Assembly (NCBI GenBank): GCA_965287045.1
Contig: OZ336886.1
Coordinates: 23,622,001-23,686,000, forward strand
DNA: 64,000 bases
Source of the DNA: Carcharhinus amblyrhynchos
Lineage: Eukaryota
Direction: 5' to 3'
Shown here: positions 1 through 13,244 of the stretch, one piece after another
How the letters are laid out: every line of letters begins with the position of its first letter
How positions within the stretch are numbered: position 1 is the stretch's first letter
Notes under the pieces: model-generated
What the model saw: only the letters and a program-made list of their open reading frames with translations
What the model was told of the DNA's origin: nothing
Databases searched by the model: none
Translations under genes and position numbers: made by a program

Positions 1-205
1 CTTCCCTTGTCTGCATGGGTTTCTTCCGGGTGCTCCAGTTTCCTCCCACAGTCCAAAAGACATGCTGCTTAGGTGCATTAGTCATGCTTTATTCTCCCTC
101 AGTGTACCCGAACAGGTGCCGGAGTGTGGTGATTACGCGATTTTCACAGTAACTTCATTGCAGTGTTAATATAAGCCTACTTGTGATGCTAATAAAGGAA
201 TTTAA
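1..205 (+). mobile_element. V-domain tRNA-SINE, 3' part, with tail gtaagcctacttgtga..aataaa
   Basis: V-domain gtctgcatgggtttcttccgggtgctccagtttcctcccacagtccaaa; same tail as the copy at 9751-9985. Confidence 0.8.
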
Positions 206-1564
206 ACTGAAGAAGGATGTGCCTATGAAGGACTGACCCTTAACAAATTTCAAAGAACAGAAAGGACAAGATCCTGTCCCGTTTCAGAATACAACAGGTG
301 AAAAGATTTTAGAAAAGATAAAGATACATACATACATCTGACATAAGTGTTAAATATGCAAACATTTTTCTTAAATGCAAAAACTGAAGTAGATTCCAGG
401 ATTTTGTGTATCCAACTGTATGCAATTAACATAGAATTCGAATATAAACTTTCCAATCTTTATTTGCAAAAAAAAGGTAATAATGAGTACAAGTGTATCT
501 AAAAGTAGGATATATCTGAATTTGTAACCAACTTAAGTGACCTTTATCGCGAAGAATGGGACTACAGCCTCAAACAACAGCATTTGTTGTTAGCTGGATA
601 AGAAAGAAATTGCAGTATTAAGTTTAACATACATTAAAAATGCAATATTTACTAAAAGAACTTGAAATATGTACCAGAATGTGTCCTGCACCAACTTTCC
701 TTAATTTTGAAACAGAACCTTAGGGAAATCGATTCAAATCAAACCTTTCTTAAGATCAAAATGTTTTTCTGTCAAGACGTGACATTAGCAGATTCTATTT
801 TATTAACTGTTTGAGAACTGCAGTAATCCCTGACTTCATTTCCAAACTAAAATGACAACATTCCATAACCCATAATAGTTTCAATTTACATATTTCTCAA
901 ATTGCATTTTCTCACAACCAGGAGAAACTTACAGAAACTTATTAGGCAGCTGTAATGTGATAGAAAACTTGTTGAGAACTACAGAGGATATTTATTAGTC
1001 AAGGAATTAATACTTCATCAGGACATTCCAGCTACCTCTGTTTATTTGAATTTAACCAAAAGTATGCATCACTGTAGAAACAAAAATAACTAATCTCTGA
1101 TCGTCTGATTTGCTTTCAGGCTTGATTTCTTTTCTATCTCATCACTGTGTAAAAAGGACAAAGTGTTTATCAATCTACCTTTTCAGATCCACTTTTAACA
1201 TTAATACAGTGTCTGGAAAATAATATTAAAACATGAGCTGGATAATTTGTACAGTAAATGATGCTACAGTCTACTCCTTATTCACAACGCAAATATCTGA
1301 TAATTCAATTTTTTTACCATTAAAGTCCCACTTTATTCCATTATTCATGTTGCTTAATTCAAATTATTGGATAATTCAATGTTTTTTTTCATTCAGCAGA
1401 AATAGGCCTTGTGGCTCTCCTGGTTTAGATGCCCGGAATTTGTACTTGCCATGAAAAATCAATACTAGAGGCCAGTGACAACAATTCTTAAAAATGTTAC
1501 TTTTCCAGTAATATGTCATTCTAGAACATTGTTTTTTTAAGTAATGCAACATAATATCAATTCC

Positions 1565-1760
1565 TATAAGATCCTGAGTGGTATTGACAAGGTGGACATG
1601 GAAAGAGTGTTCCCTCTGCTGGGTGTCCAGAATCAGGGGACAGTGTTTCAAAATTAGGGGTCACCCTTTGAGGAGAGAGATGAGGAAAATTCTCGTCTTG
1701 TGTGCGACTTTGGAACTCTGCCTCAAAACGTGGTGGAAATGGTGGGGGGCGGCGGGGTCA
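1565..1760 (+). mobile_element. CR1 LINE 3' ORF2 fragment
   Basis: ttgacaaggtggac...tgttccctct...gggacagtgtttcaaaattaggggtcaccctttgaggagagagatgagg resembles the other CR1 3' ends in the window. Confidence 0.7.
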
Positions 1761-2169
1761 CTGAATATGCAGATCACTGTTACTCAGGACCTACAGGCAA
1801 TGGTCATGCTAGTGGTTTCACAGGCCATCGATCTGGTCTATGTATTCTGTTGCAGGAAGGCAACTTTACCATCAAATGCAAGCATTATTTAAAAAAATGT
1901 TCCACTCCAATTAGTCAATGTGTATGCCCTGGCTCTGAAGAACGAGTGGCTGGTCACCTTCCAGTAGCTCCCACTGCTACTGGTAAGGGCCAAGCTGCAG
2001 TCATTCTTAGCCCATTGGACAATTTGGGAAAAATCACTGCTGGGTGACTAGTACCAGCAGTGAGGACTTTTAACCCCCATCTGATCCAGACATCAGAGTC
2101 CTGAAGCCTGTGGAGAAAATCCTGCCCCAAGTGTCAGTACATACCGAGGTTCTATTTTTCCCCAGTATT

Positions 2170-3090
2170 GCAAAGGATAGGTCTGGTCCCGTTGCTGTGA
2201 ATAGCACATTCAGTTGGACTATACTGGACAACCTGTCCCTCATGGAAAGGTTGGTGCAGTAAAGCACCTTGGCTACAGTTGTCTGCATGTAATGGTCTGA
2301 AAGTTTTGTAGGAAAGGGAGATGATGGATCTTGTTGGATGGTTCCTTGAGCAGACTGTCAAAGCCAATTGGCAGAACAGCACATCAGGACTTTCAAACCA
2401 ACATTAAGACATGGTTTAACTGGTGATGAGAAGGGCTCAGCTCTTTCTTACAAATATAGAACCTTGGTGCTAGCACATGCTGTCTTTCAAATTGAGCAGT
2501 TGCAAAAAAATTGTTACTTATCTCCTTTGTTCTTTTACAAAGAAGGTGTCTGAAAAAAATTGCAGTGTTTTTTGGTCAAGGTTCATCCTAAACAGCTAGG
2601 TAACCCAGGTGCCTGTGCTTTAATCGCAATTCCGAGAATCGCATGTCAAGAGAAACAAATTTGTGCTTAAGGGCCATCAGCTCGGAAAGACTCTCACTGG
2701 TATATCTAGGATTTGTAGACCTTCCAGCTGATCATCACCAGGTGTCATTGAACATTCCAAGGTCTAGGACTGCAGGCTAAGAGGTGCAAGTTCGGTGACC
2801 TGCCACAAAAGCTTAAAGAGGAATAAACAGAGTTTTGGGCCCTCCTTCTGTATCCCAGTGAGCCGATACCCACATAAACCCCTTGGGCTTTATATACCAG
2901 AGGATGTTTCAAATCAAATATAAATGTAAATTGTAAACACTAACTGAAATGTAAGTGGAGAGAAGCATGTCAAAATACCATGTACCATTTTAAAGGAAAT
3001 TATTCTGTCTTGCACTCTAAAGTCACATTTGAATTGTTCTGTAATGCATTTTCATAAATTTTATGACTAAAGTACATTTTTGAAAAAAAA
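2170..3090 (+). mobile_element. Degraded L1/Tx1-type LINE 3' end
   Basis: Decayed ORF2-like sequence ending ttttatgactaaagtacatttttgaaaaaaaa (degenerate polyA signal plus A-tail). Confidence 0.5.
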
Positions 3091-3269
3091 CCATAATCTT
3101 GCAAACATTTTAACGCAGCATGAAAGATTGCTAAAGTGTCAAAAGTTAAGATTTTTAGGAGAAAATATTAAACCACATCTCTTAATACCTGATAGGGGGC
3201 AAACAGTTGCTTAAAAAGATCAGTGACTTCTCAAAGAATCTTCATGTACCCTCTCCTTTCTTTTTCCCC

Positions 3270-3365
3270 AATGTGCTCTATGGATGGTATGCTTTGTCGG
3301 TATTGCGTAAGAAACAATAGTTTTCATTGTATATCCATACTCGTGACAATAAATCAAATCAAATA
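3270..3365 (+). mobile_element. Rex1/Babar-like LINE 3' tail
   Basis: ttttcattgta...cgtgacaataaatcaaatcaaat, a short tandem-repeat tail typical of this clade. Confidence 0.5.
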
Positions 3366-3989
3366 TCCTCCTTTAAGAATACTAATAGCAGTGTAAACAA
3401 GTCATTAATTTTACTTGTTGTTTGTGAGATCTTGCTGTGCATAAACAGGCTGTCATCACTGCCTACATAATGACGATTGTATTTCAATATTCATTTCAAT
3501 AAAATGCTCCTGGAGTATCTCTGAAGTTATACTGAGAGTTTGGGGAGGAAGAGCCACAACAAGGTGCTGCTTTACCAGGCAGAAAAGCAGGTCTGTTTTT
3601 GGATTCTCAGTTCAAAGAAACGATATAGAGAGTGGGTAGAGAGTTAAAGACCAAAGAATTGGCAGAGGGTGCCTTGGTACTGGGAATCTATTTGAGTACA
3701 TTCATAAGACTGAACGAAGGGGACTGCCAGAAAGGGATAATTGAAGATTGACCTGGTGGGGTGAGGAGATAAATCTTGTTCAAGCTCAGAAGAATAGCAA
3801 ACTACATCTGTACTGAGAAAGCAGTGTTGTGTATAAATGTGGCACAGGGTTTTTGATTGTGTTACAAAAGCTGTAGTTTGGTTATTAGTTACTAAGTAAT
3901 GCTTAAATGAGCTGATTTTAATTTGTTAGAATAAAAGTCTTAAAATGTAGAATCTTGTGTGATTCCTTATATTGGTCACTGCAAAATTC

Positions 3990-5292
3990 ATACAGAACAA
4001 AGGAAATTACAGCACAGGAACAGGCCCTTTGGCCCTCCAAGCCTACACCGACCATGCTGCCCAGCTCAACCAAAACCCCCAACCCTTCCGGGACCATATC
4101 CCTCTATTCCCATCTTATTCACGTACTTGTCAAGACACCCCTTAAAAGACATCCACTACCTCCCCTGGCAATGAGTTCCAGGTACCCACCACTGTGTAAA
4201 AAATCTGCCTTGTACATTTCTTTTAAAATTTGTCCCTCGCATCTTAAACCTATGCCCCCTAGTAATTGACTCTTCCACCCTGGGAAAAAGCTTCTGACTG
4301 TCCACTCTGACCATGCATCTCAATCTTGTAGACTTCTATCAGGTCTCCCTTCAACCTCCATCATTCCAGTGAGAACAAACCAAGTTTCTCCAACTTCTCC
4401 TCATAGCTAATGCCCTCCATACCAGGCAACATCCTGGTAAACCTTTTCTGTATCCTCTCCAAAATCTCCACATCCTTCTGGTAGTGTGGCGACCACAATT
4501 GAACACTCTATTCCAAGTGCGACCGCACTAAAGTTGTATAAAGCAGCAACATGACTTGCCAATTTTTAAACTCAATATCCCGGCCGATGAAGGCAGGCAC
4601 ACTGTATGCCTTCTTGACTACCTTCTCCACCTGCATTGCCACTTTCAGTGACCTGTGTACCTATGCACCCAGATACCTTTGCCTATCAATACTCTTAAGG
4701 GTTCTGCCATTTACTGTATATTTCCTATCTGTATTAGACCTTCCAAAATGCATTGCTTCACATTTGTCCAGATTAAACTCCATCTGCCATCTCTCCACCT
4801 ACATCTCCAACTGATCTATATCCTACTGTATCCTCTGATGGTCCTCATCGCTATCCACTATTCCACTAACCTTTTTGTTGTCTGCAAACTTACAAATCAA
4901 TCCAGTTACATTTTCCTCCAAATCAGCAAATGTTTCAGCACTGATCCCTGAGGGACACCACGAGTCACAACCTTCCATTCAGAAATGTACCCTTCCACTG
5001 CTACCCTCTTTATTTGACCAAACCAGTTTTGTATCCACCTTGCCAGCTGACTTCTGATCCGATGCAACTTCATCTTCTGCACCAGTCTGTCAAGAGGGAC
5101 CTTGTCAAAGGCCTTACTAAAGTCCATGTGGACAACATCCACTGCCCTACCCTCAATCATCTTTGTCACTTCCTTAAAAAACACTACTTCCCCTTCACAA
5201 AACCATGTTGCCTCTCACTAATACGTCCACTTATTTCCAAGTGGAAATAAATCATGTCTTGAAGAATCCTCTCCAATAATTTCCCTACCACT
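3990..5292 (-). mobile_element. CR1 LINE, 3' ~1.3 kb, degenerate reverse transcriptase
   Basis: ORF 4906-5184 gives EGRAVDVVHMDFSKAFDKVP...LARWIQNW...VTRGVPQGSVL; the 3' terminus cagcacaggaacaggccctttggccc lies near 4010. Confidence 0.93.
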
Positions 5293-5494
5293 ATTTTTTC
5301 AAAAGTGATCAGTCTCTATGGCGGTCACAATATATGGAAGTGCTCTGTTGCAATTATTTTGAAGGGCAACACTTCATTTTAGTGATGGGTGGGGAAGAAA
5401 AAAAATACTGGCAAAGTTAGCTGCACCCAACAGAAATACATTTCCTGTTCGACAGCTGCAAAAGAAATACAGGCAGATAGAACAAAGCTTGTAG

Positions 5495-6690
5495 TTAAAA
5501 CTATCCTGGTACATTGCTTCCCTGGTGCCAGGGTCAAGAATGTTAGAGTGGATGAACAGCCAGGAGTCATAGTCGACATTGGTACCGAGGACATAGGTAG
5601 GAAGAGGGATGAAATCTTGAAAGCAGCTATTAGGGAGTTAGGAAAGAAACTGAAAAGCAGGATCTCAAAGGCATTAATCTTGGGATTACTCCAATTCCAT
5701 GTGTTGGTGAGGAAAGGAATAGGAGGATCGAACATGTGGTTGGAGAATTGATGCAGAAGGGAGGATATCAGATTTCTGAGGTGTTGGGACTGGTTCCAGC
5801 ACAGGTGGGATTTGTACAAGATGGATGGGTTGCATCCTAGTTAACTCTGATCCTGTTAGGATAATTTGCTGATGCTGTTGGAGGGGGTTTAAACTACATT
5901 GGCAGGGATTTGATACCTCAGAGGGAGCTCAGATTGGAGCGTAGCAAAACTGGTAACAGGAAGTGGAAAAGTAATAAGCAAAATTAGAAGGTATTCAAAG
6001 CAAAAGCAAGTATCAAATAGGATAAGAGTGTAGAATGTTGTTAAAAAGACAAGTTAAGGGCGTGCTATCTGAATGCGCACAACTTGCGCAATGAAGTAAA
6101 TGATTTAAAGGCACAAATGGAGAAAAATGGCTATGGCTGAATTACCATTATAGCGACGTGGCTACAGGGTGAGTAAAGCTAATCATTTTGGGTAGAGCTA
6201 AGAGACAGCAAGAGGCAGGAAGTTGTTTACAGGCTGCCAACCTGTAGTGGCAATATTAGATGGCATGATATAAATCAGGAAATTAGAGCCGCGTGCAATA
6301 TATGTAATAGAATGTCAATGGGTGACTTCAATTTATTTATCGATGGGTAAACCTAATTAGCACTGATGGTGTGAAGGACGAATTCCTGCAGTGTGTACGA
6401 GATCACTTTCTGGGGTAGTACGTTGAAGAACCAATTAGGGATCAAGCTATTTTACATTTAGCATGACGTAATGAGAACAGGCTAATTAATAATCTTGCTG
6501 AAAAGTAGTCTCTAGAAAATAGCAACCATAATATGACAGAATTTCACACTGAGTTTTGAAGTGATATCGTTCATTTTGAAAATAGGGATCTTAAATTTGA
6601 ACTAAGGAAATGACAATCTGGTGGATTGACGAAATACATGAAGAGGTTTGATGGTCAACAGGCAATAGCTAGCTTTCGAAGTACTACCAG
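5495..6690 (+). mobile_element. CR1 LINE 5' part: ORF1 SGNH-esterase-like domain and ORF2 APE endonuclease relic
   Basis: VHCFPGARVKNV...VIVDIGTEDIGRKRDEIL (ORF 5389-5751); tgctatctgaatgcgc (CYLNA); atgggtgacttcaat (MGDFN). Confidence 0.88.
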
Positions 6691-6754
6691 TTCTACGACA
6701 CATTTTTTAATTTGTTCACTGCAATGAAGTTACTGTGAAAATCCCTTTATACAT

Positions 6755-6985
6755 TAGAATATAAGAACAAGAAGCAGGAGTAGACAACTCAGCCCCTCAA
6801 GCCTGCTCCATTTAATGCCATTATGCCTGATCTCATCTACAGCCTCAACTCTACTTACTTGCTCATTCACGTTAGCCCTTTAAACCCATTACTAATTAAA
6901 AATCTGTCCACTCCTCCTTAACTTTGCTCAAAGTCACGGTATCTACCAGGGTCTAGGGTAGCGAATTCCATTGACTCATGACATG
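6755..6985 (-). mobile_element. CR1 3' end
   Basis: ataagaacaagaagcaggagtagac..cagcccctcaagcctgctcc is the reverse complement of the CR1 tail seen at 11030-11083 and 30120-30170. Confidence 0.8.
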
Positions 6986-7244
6986 TAGGATGAAAAGCAG
7001 ACTGTGATTGGCCAAATGGAATGTCATTAGTTACCTGCTAAGTTTTTAATGTCTTTGCTTATGGATGGGGAGCTCAGAATTGAAAATTAAATTCAATGCG
7101 AGTGGATGAGTCAGAACTGGTGGGAACTAGGGCAGACAGGCAGGTGAGAACAGGAACGGATGGGGGCAGTGGGGGAGGGAGCAACTAGCAAGCTATGGTA
7201 TAAACCTGCTGCTGGGTGGCTGCAGTTCAGGAACCAGCTGCTGG

Positions 7245-7480
7245 TGTGTGTGTGACAGAATGTGTGTGCGTGTGTGTGAGAGAGAGAGAGAGAGAAAAAT
7301 GTGTGTCTGTGTGCATGGGATAGAGAGAGAGACACAGAGAGAGCGAGCGAATGTGTGTGCATGTGTGAGAAACAGAATGCATGTATGTGAGAGGCAAAGA
7401 AAGAGAAAGAGAGTGTGGGTGGGTGTGTGCAAGAGAGAGCACATGCGAGAGAGCACGTGTGTGAGACAGAGTCTCCACAC
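7245..7480. repeat. Compound (TG)n/(AG)n low-complexity microsatellite
   Basis: Directly visible tgtgtg/gagaga runs; source of the His/Thr/Ser/Leu-rich spurious ORFs. Confidence 0.9.
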
Positions 7481-8139
7481 ATAGGTTTCCCGGTGGTTTG
7501 GGTTGGCTTCAATAGGGAAATCCCATTAACACAGCTGTGAGGCCAGAGAATCCTGCCCTATGTGTCTGAGAGTGAAAAATTGTGCGCGAGAGAGATAAAA
7601 AAAAACTATTCATTACCTGGTGGGTGTTTGGTGCCAGTGGGGGAGGGTGCATTGGTGGTGGTGTGGTGCTCAGAACTGAGGGTTGCCCAAACCTCAGACA
7701 GCTTCAATTTTTGTCCTCAAGTGGGAGTGCAAGATCACGTCTGGCAAGGGGAGGTGTGTGTGTGGGAGTGAGTGACAATATTCGTATAGAGGTGAGTGTG
7801 AGTGAGCAAGTGACTCGATTTGTGGAGGACAGTGCAAGATACTGAGTGAGTGTGTTGAAGTGAACATAAGACTACCTTACGCCCAATCTCAATTTACTCA
7901 CTCACTCTCACCACCACGACCACACTCACCCACTTATATACACTGACTCTCTCACACACTGTTGATTTTTATTATGTACTCTTTCAAATTTAACAATTTA
8001 ATGCTATGATATTGCTGTACTTCTGCACAGCAATTTTTTATTTCCTTAAAACCTCAACTTTTTTTTTGCTTTATTGCTGTGACAAACGTTATCTCCAACA
8101 GCAGCCACCCCCCACCCCCTGAGGTTGGACAGCCAGCAT

Positions 8140-8866
8140 TAGATCAAAGGAAGTGGCTCATCAGGTTGCCAGAAAAATGATAAGTTTGAGGATTGGGAGC
8201 AACTTAGAATTCAGCAACGGAGAGCAAAGAAATTGATAAGGAAAAGGACGAGAGAATCTGAACGCAAAATAACAAGAAACAAAGACATAGTGTAAAAAGC
8301 TTCTTTAGATATGTGGAAGGGAAAAGATTAGGAAAAGGGGTGCGCTTGGAGTTTGTACATCCTCCCTTGTCTGCGTGGGTTTCCTCTGGGTGCTCTGGTT
8401 TCGTCCCATAGTCCAAAGATGTGCAGGTTAGGTTGATTGGCCATGCTAAATTGCTACTTAGTGTCAGGGGGATTAATTGGGTAAATACATGGGGTTATGC
8501 CTGGATGGGATTGTGGTTGGTACAAAGTGGCCTTCTCCTACACTGTAGGGATTCTATGATTAGCAAGGGCAAATCCAAGTATATTGCAGACAGAAACAGG
8601 AAAACCTATAACGGAGAATAGGGAAATGGCAGCGAAATTAAACAATTACTTTGTGTCTATCATGGAGGACGATGTGGAAAATCTCCCAAAAATACAAGAG
8701 AACCAAGGAACTTGTGAAAATAAGGAACTGAATTAAATTAGCATTAATAGATAGCAGTAGAAAAATTAATCAGATTGAAGGTTGATAAATCCCCTGGACC
8801 AGATGAACTATGTCACAAGATGTTGAAGTTAGCTTTAGAGATCGTAGATGTATTGGTTGCCATCTT
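8140..8866 (+). mobile_element. CR1 ORF2 middle segment, interrupted by a SINE
   Basis: gtaaaaagcttctttagatatgtg (KSFFRYV); aaattaaacaattacttt (LNNYF); gataaatcccctggaccagatg (DKSPGPD). Confidence 0.85.
8345..8562 (+). mobile_element. 5'-truncated HE1-like V-SINE inside CR1
   Basis: V-domain plus tail ctgtagggattctatgatt; gattag occurs on both sides as a possible TSD. Confidence 0.85.
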
Positions 8867-9745
8867 GTCTTTCATGTCCCCTTTATGATGGTTGGCTGCA
8901 CTACAAACAATCCTTCTCCACTGACTTCTATTCTCTGCTGCCCTCAATGTCTGTCCCATTGAGGGACCAGTCGATATTCTGATATTACCCAGCCATGCCA
9001 TCTTGGGCCTTCCTTGTGTATGTTTTTCCAGGTGTTTTACTCTTTTTCCAAACATACCCTATCTGTTTGCATCACATGTCCTCAAACAAGTTCCCCTTAT
9101 TACCAGCTTTCTTGAGCATCCACATTTGTCTGCTTGGATATCCATAACATACAATATCCATGCAAGTCCTTCCATTTCAAAGCTCTTGTATGTTACTCTT
9201 GTAGATGGTCTAGCTTTCATAGCCATCCATTGTCATCGGCCACACAACGGCTTTCAGAGGACACATCTTCATCATAATTGAGATGCTATGGTTATTCCAT
9301 ACTCATTCAAGTTCACAACACCACAAAGTTTGTTAAGTCTCGACCGAGTTTGTTTGATAGACGCTGAATTTTCTGTGATGAGTAATTCAAGACATGAAAC
9401 TGTTCAAGCTGAACTCCATTAATCAGAATCTAGCAAGTCTTTTCAGCCATCTTACTCACCTTCATCTTGTCGACACTGATCAACAGATTATACTTCTGGT
9501 GAAACTGGTCAAGTCAATCCACCAATCTTGTAGCTCCTCCACTGAGTTAGTGAGCAGAATGTCATCACCATATCAAAGATTTGATACTCACCACCCACCA
9601 ATTTGTATCCATCTTTGAATCCTTCAAATGTCTCTCTCCTAACTATTTCTGCTACGATGTTGAATAAATATAGTGTGAGGGCACACTCTTGTCTAACCCC
9701 ATTTAACATCTCAACCATTCTGAAAAGATGCCGGCAAGTCTGACC
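8867..9745 (-). mobile_element. RTE-clade LINE 3' fragment
   Basis: ORF 9509-9718 NGVRQECALTLYLFNIVAEIVRRETFEGF matches the GVRQGCxLSPxLFN motif; ORF 8813-9055 GRPKMAWLGNI...AAENRSQWRRIV matches an RTE C-terminus. Confidence 0.85.
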
Positions 9746-9750
9746 TGGTG

Positions 9751-9985
9751 CAACATGGTGGCACAGCGGTTAGCACCAGGGACCCGGGTCCAATTCCCAG
9801 CTTGGGTTACTGTCCGTGTGGAGTTTGTACATTCTCCTCATATTTGCATGGGTTTCCTCCCACAGTCTGAAAAACGTGCTGGTTAGATGCATTGGCCTGA
9901 ACAAGTGCCGGAATGTGCCGACTCGGGAAATTTCACTATAACTTAATTGCAGTGTCAATGTAAACCTTACTTGTGACTAGTAAAC
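9751..9985 (+). mobile_element. V-domain tRNA-SINE
   Basis: tRNA-like head ggtggcacagcggttagcac...gggtccaattccc, V-domain, tail aaccttacttgtgactagtaaa. Confidence 0.85.
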
Positions 9986-10001
9986 AGGTTGTAAAACTTT
10001 A

Positions 10002-11083
10002 AATGTGGGATTGGGATGACATTCTGGTATAGATTGAGAACTTGCTAACGAGAGTAGGAATAAATAAGTCATTCTCAGGATGGCAGGATGTTACTAATTG
10101 GGTACCACAAGATCAGTGCTGAGACCACAGCTGTTCACAATTTATATAAATGATTTGGTTGTGGGGACCAAAAATAGTTGTTCCACATTTGCTGATGACT
10201 CAAAACTAGGTGAGAATGGAAGTTGTGAAGTGGATGCAAGGGGGCTTCAAGAGGATTTGAACAGGCTAAGGAAATGGATAAGCACGTGGCAGGTGAAATA
10301 TAAGTGTGAAGTTATTCTTTGGGAGAAAAACAGAAAGGTAGGGCATTTTTTAAATGGAGCGGGGTTGGGAAGTGTTGTGTCAAAGACACTTGGATGTCCT
10401 CGTTCGTGAGTCACTAAAAGGTAGTTTACAGGTTCAGCAATCAATTAGGAAGGCAAGCGGTATGTTGGCCTTCATTGCAAGAGTGTTTGATACCAGAGTA
10501 ACGACATCTTCCAATAATTCTATGTAGCTTTGTGAGATCCACTCGGAGTATTGCATATAGTTTTGATCTCTAAAAAATGGTATACTTGCCATAGGTGGAG
10601 TGAAACGGAGATTCACCAGACCAATCTTTGGAATGGCGGTGTTGTCTTATGAGGAGAGATTAAGGGAACCAGGCCTGTATTCTCTAAGCTTTTAAAGAAC
10701 ACAAGGTTATCTCATTGAAATTTACAAACTTATTACAGGACCTGACATTGCACATAGAGGAAGGATGTTCTCCTGGCTGGTAAATCTCCAGCAGGGGACA
10801 CAACCTCAGAATAAGAGCTAGGCCATTTAAGACTGAGATAAGGACGAAATACATCAGACAGGGGCTGGTGAAACTTTGGAATTGTCTATCCCAGAGGGCT
10901 ATGGAAGTTGATTCACTGAGCATGTTCAAGGCAGAAATTGATAAATTTCGGAATACTAGTGATATCGAGTTAATATAAGGAGGATGAGGAAAATGGCAGA
11001 GACATAGGTGATCAGGCATGATCTGTTTGAATGGTGGAGCAGATTCGACGGGTCGAATGGCTTACTCCTGCTCCTATGTTCTT
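10002..11083 (+). mobile_element. CR1 LINE RT and 3' end
   Basis: SVLRPQLFTIYINDL...FADDSKLG (ORF 10098-10409); terminus tactcctgctcctatgttctt. Confidence 0.92.
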
Positions 11084-13096
11084 AACCAAGACAACTACAA
11101 TGAGGTGCTGGAAGTAATGGATACAAGATATAAAGAAAATGTTTACAAAACTAACTCAAATTGTTACAATGGTTGTTATCTATATCCCACAGTTATCAAG
11201 ATAATATTTTGTGTCCCTTATTTGAGAAGAAACTGAAAACATATTCCACAAATCTCATAGTAAATTTATATTGTGGGTTAACAGTTATATATGGTGATTC
11301 TAATGCTTAGAAAGCATTCAAATTCAGGAACATTGTAAGAAAATGCATTCCATTTAAAACGATGCAATTGGAAATCTTAGCAGCATTAGATTAAATTTGG
11401 TAGTTTTGTTCATTCAAAATAAAATTCAAATGTTGTAACTACATGTTAAATCAAATGCACCACACACCGTACAATACCCAAAACTCCAGCTTCAAGAACT
11501 TATAAAGCACATTTCCACTCAACCCAACTAGATTGCTTGTCACAACTGACATGCCTCGTCAAAAGTTATCCTTCACTGCTCATGGGCAACACAGAAGGTC
11601 AAAGACCAAATACAATGGTCCACCCTATCCCACTTTCTTCTTCACACCAGCATATATTGAACGAGATGACAAGAGAGTACACGTTGCAACAGCTGCCAAA
11701 TGAACAGAAGCTGTCCAGAGCTGGCGAGCCGGAGGAGAAAAACTAGCCCATCTATACGAACGTCAAGACCAGGGATCATATAGTGACAAGCTTAAAGTAG
11801 CAGCAAGTGGAAATACAAAGAGCTTTACCCACAATATAAAATTATTGAAAAAACTCCATGAATCACAATTGTTTGAGAAACCAAAAAAGGAAACAAAGGA
11901 CACAATACTATTTGGTTTGATTCAATTGATTCTCAGAGACCTTCATTTTCAGATAAATTAAATTGCAAAGAAACTAATCTTCTTGACTGTGTTCTTTTAT
12001 TTGCCTTTTAAAATTGTCCCTCACCCATGCTCCCCCTTGTCCCCTTTTTCCTGCCCTCTCCCTGGGTTAGGAAATGATTATCTGGCAGTTCCGAGTATCT
12101 GACTGCTCATGGGTACTACTTGCTGCTCGGAAACCTGACCTGTGAGCTTTATTTTCCCTCAACTTGCCAACATTCTGGTTGTATTCATGAGCTGCAATCT
12201 AATTCAAGTGCACTTAAGTTCTTGCAAACAAGCAGCAGCCGAGAACACCACATCATGTGTGAGGCTCTTTTTGAGGAAACAGAGATGAGTAAATATCACT
12301 GCAGTAGACGGAAAGATAGGGTAACCTGTCCACACATAAGCCGTCCCAATTAGCTAAGGCAAAATTCAGTTACTACTCCCTGTTGGTTTGTAGCACTATT
12401 TCCTTGAACTGAATGCCAGCAAAAGTTTAATGACAATTACCTCCTTCTAGCAGGTTCAGAAAAAAACATTGTACTAAAATAAGAAAATAAAATCTTTACC
12501 AAAAAACTGAAAATTGAGAAAGTCCTGAACTCCAGCAGCTGGTATTATTACTCAAAATTAGTTGAATCAAATCTGTGAACTTAAAGCCAGAATTCAAGCT
12601 CTCAAGAGTCAGAGCTACATTTATTATAGTGCTGTTAAGCTTTCCCCCTACTGCAATTCAACCCTGCCGATAACCTCAACAGAGCGCCACAATGTACAGA
12701 CTATTTCTAAATTCTGCTCTAGGCTAAACATTCTTCTGTACATACTGGTAAATTCAACAGTCTCTTTAACATCTGAGAACAAATTACCAACAAGTCATTT
12801 TTGCTCAATATAGCAAGTCAATGTGGCACCCTGTTTTGCTCTATTACAAACATGTACAGTACCTTGCCTGAGAGTCATTTGGACGCTGATACAAGATTCA
12901 TAATAGCTGTCAGAATCTCAGATTTTTTTCTTTTGTTTTATGAGGTCAGGCAATATTACATGCACTGAAATATTCCATTTCCCAGCTGAAACCCTTCTCA
13001 TTTGAACACGACAGGTTGAGGGAGTCATGATTTTGCAACCCAGCATGTGAAACAAAGTGCAAGGGGGCAGGTGGCTAACCCCACATTCTCCTTTTG

Positions 13097-13244
13097 NNNN
13101 NNNNNNNNNNNNNNNNNNNNNNNNNNNNNNNNNNNNNNNNNNNNNNNNNNNNNNNNNNNNNNNNNNNNNNNNNNNNNNNNNNNNNNNNNNNNNNNNNNNN
13201 NNNNNNNNNNNNNNNNNNNNNNNNNNNNNNNNNNNNNNNNNNNN
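13097..13244. other. Assembly gap (148 N)
   Basis: Run of N. Confidence 0.99.

Noticed and set aside
7111-7512. His/Ser/Leu-rich overlapping ORFs
   Set aside because: Translation of (CA)/(CT) microsatellites.
13097-13244. Gap length (148) is close to human MGMT exon 3 (about 149 nt), so it might hide that exon
   Set aside because: The minus-strand flanks lack a pyrimidine-rich acceptor and a GT donor at the gap edges; the size match looks coincidental.
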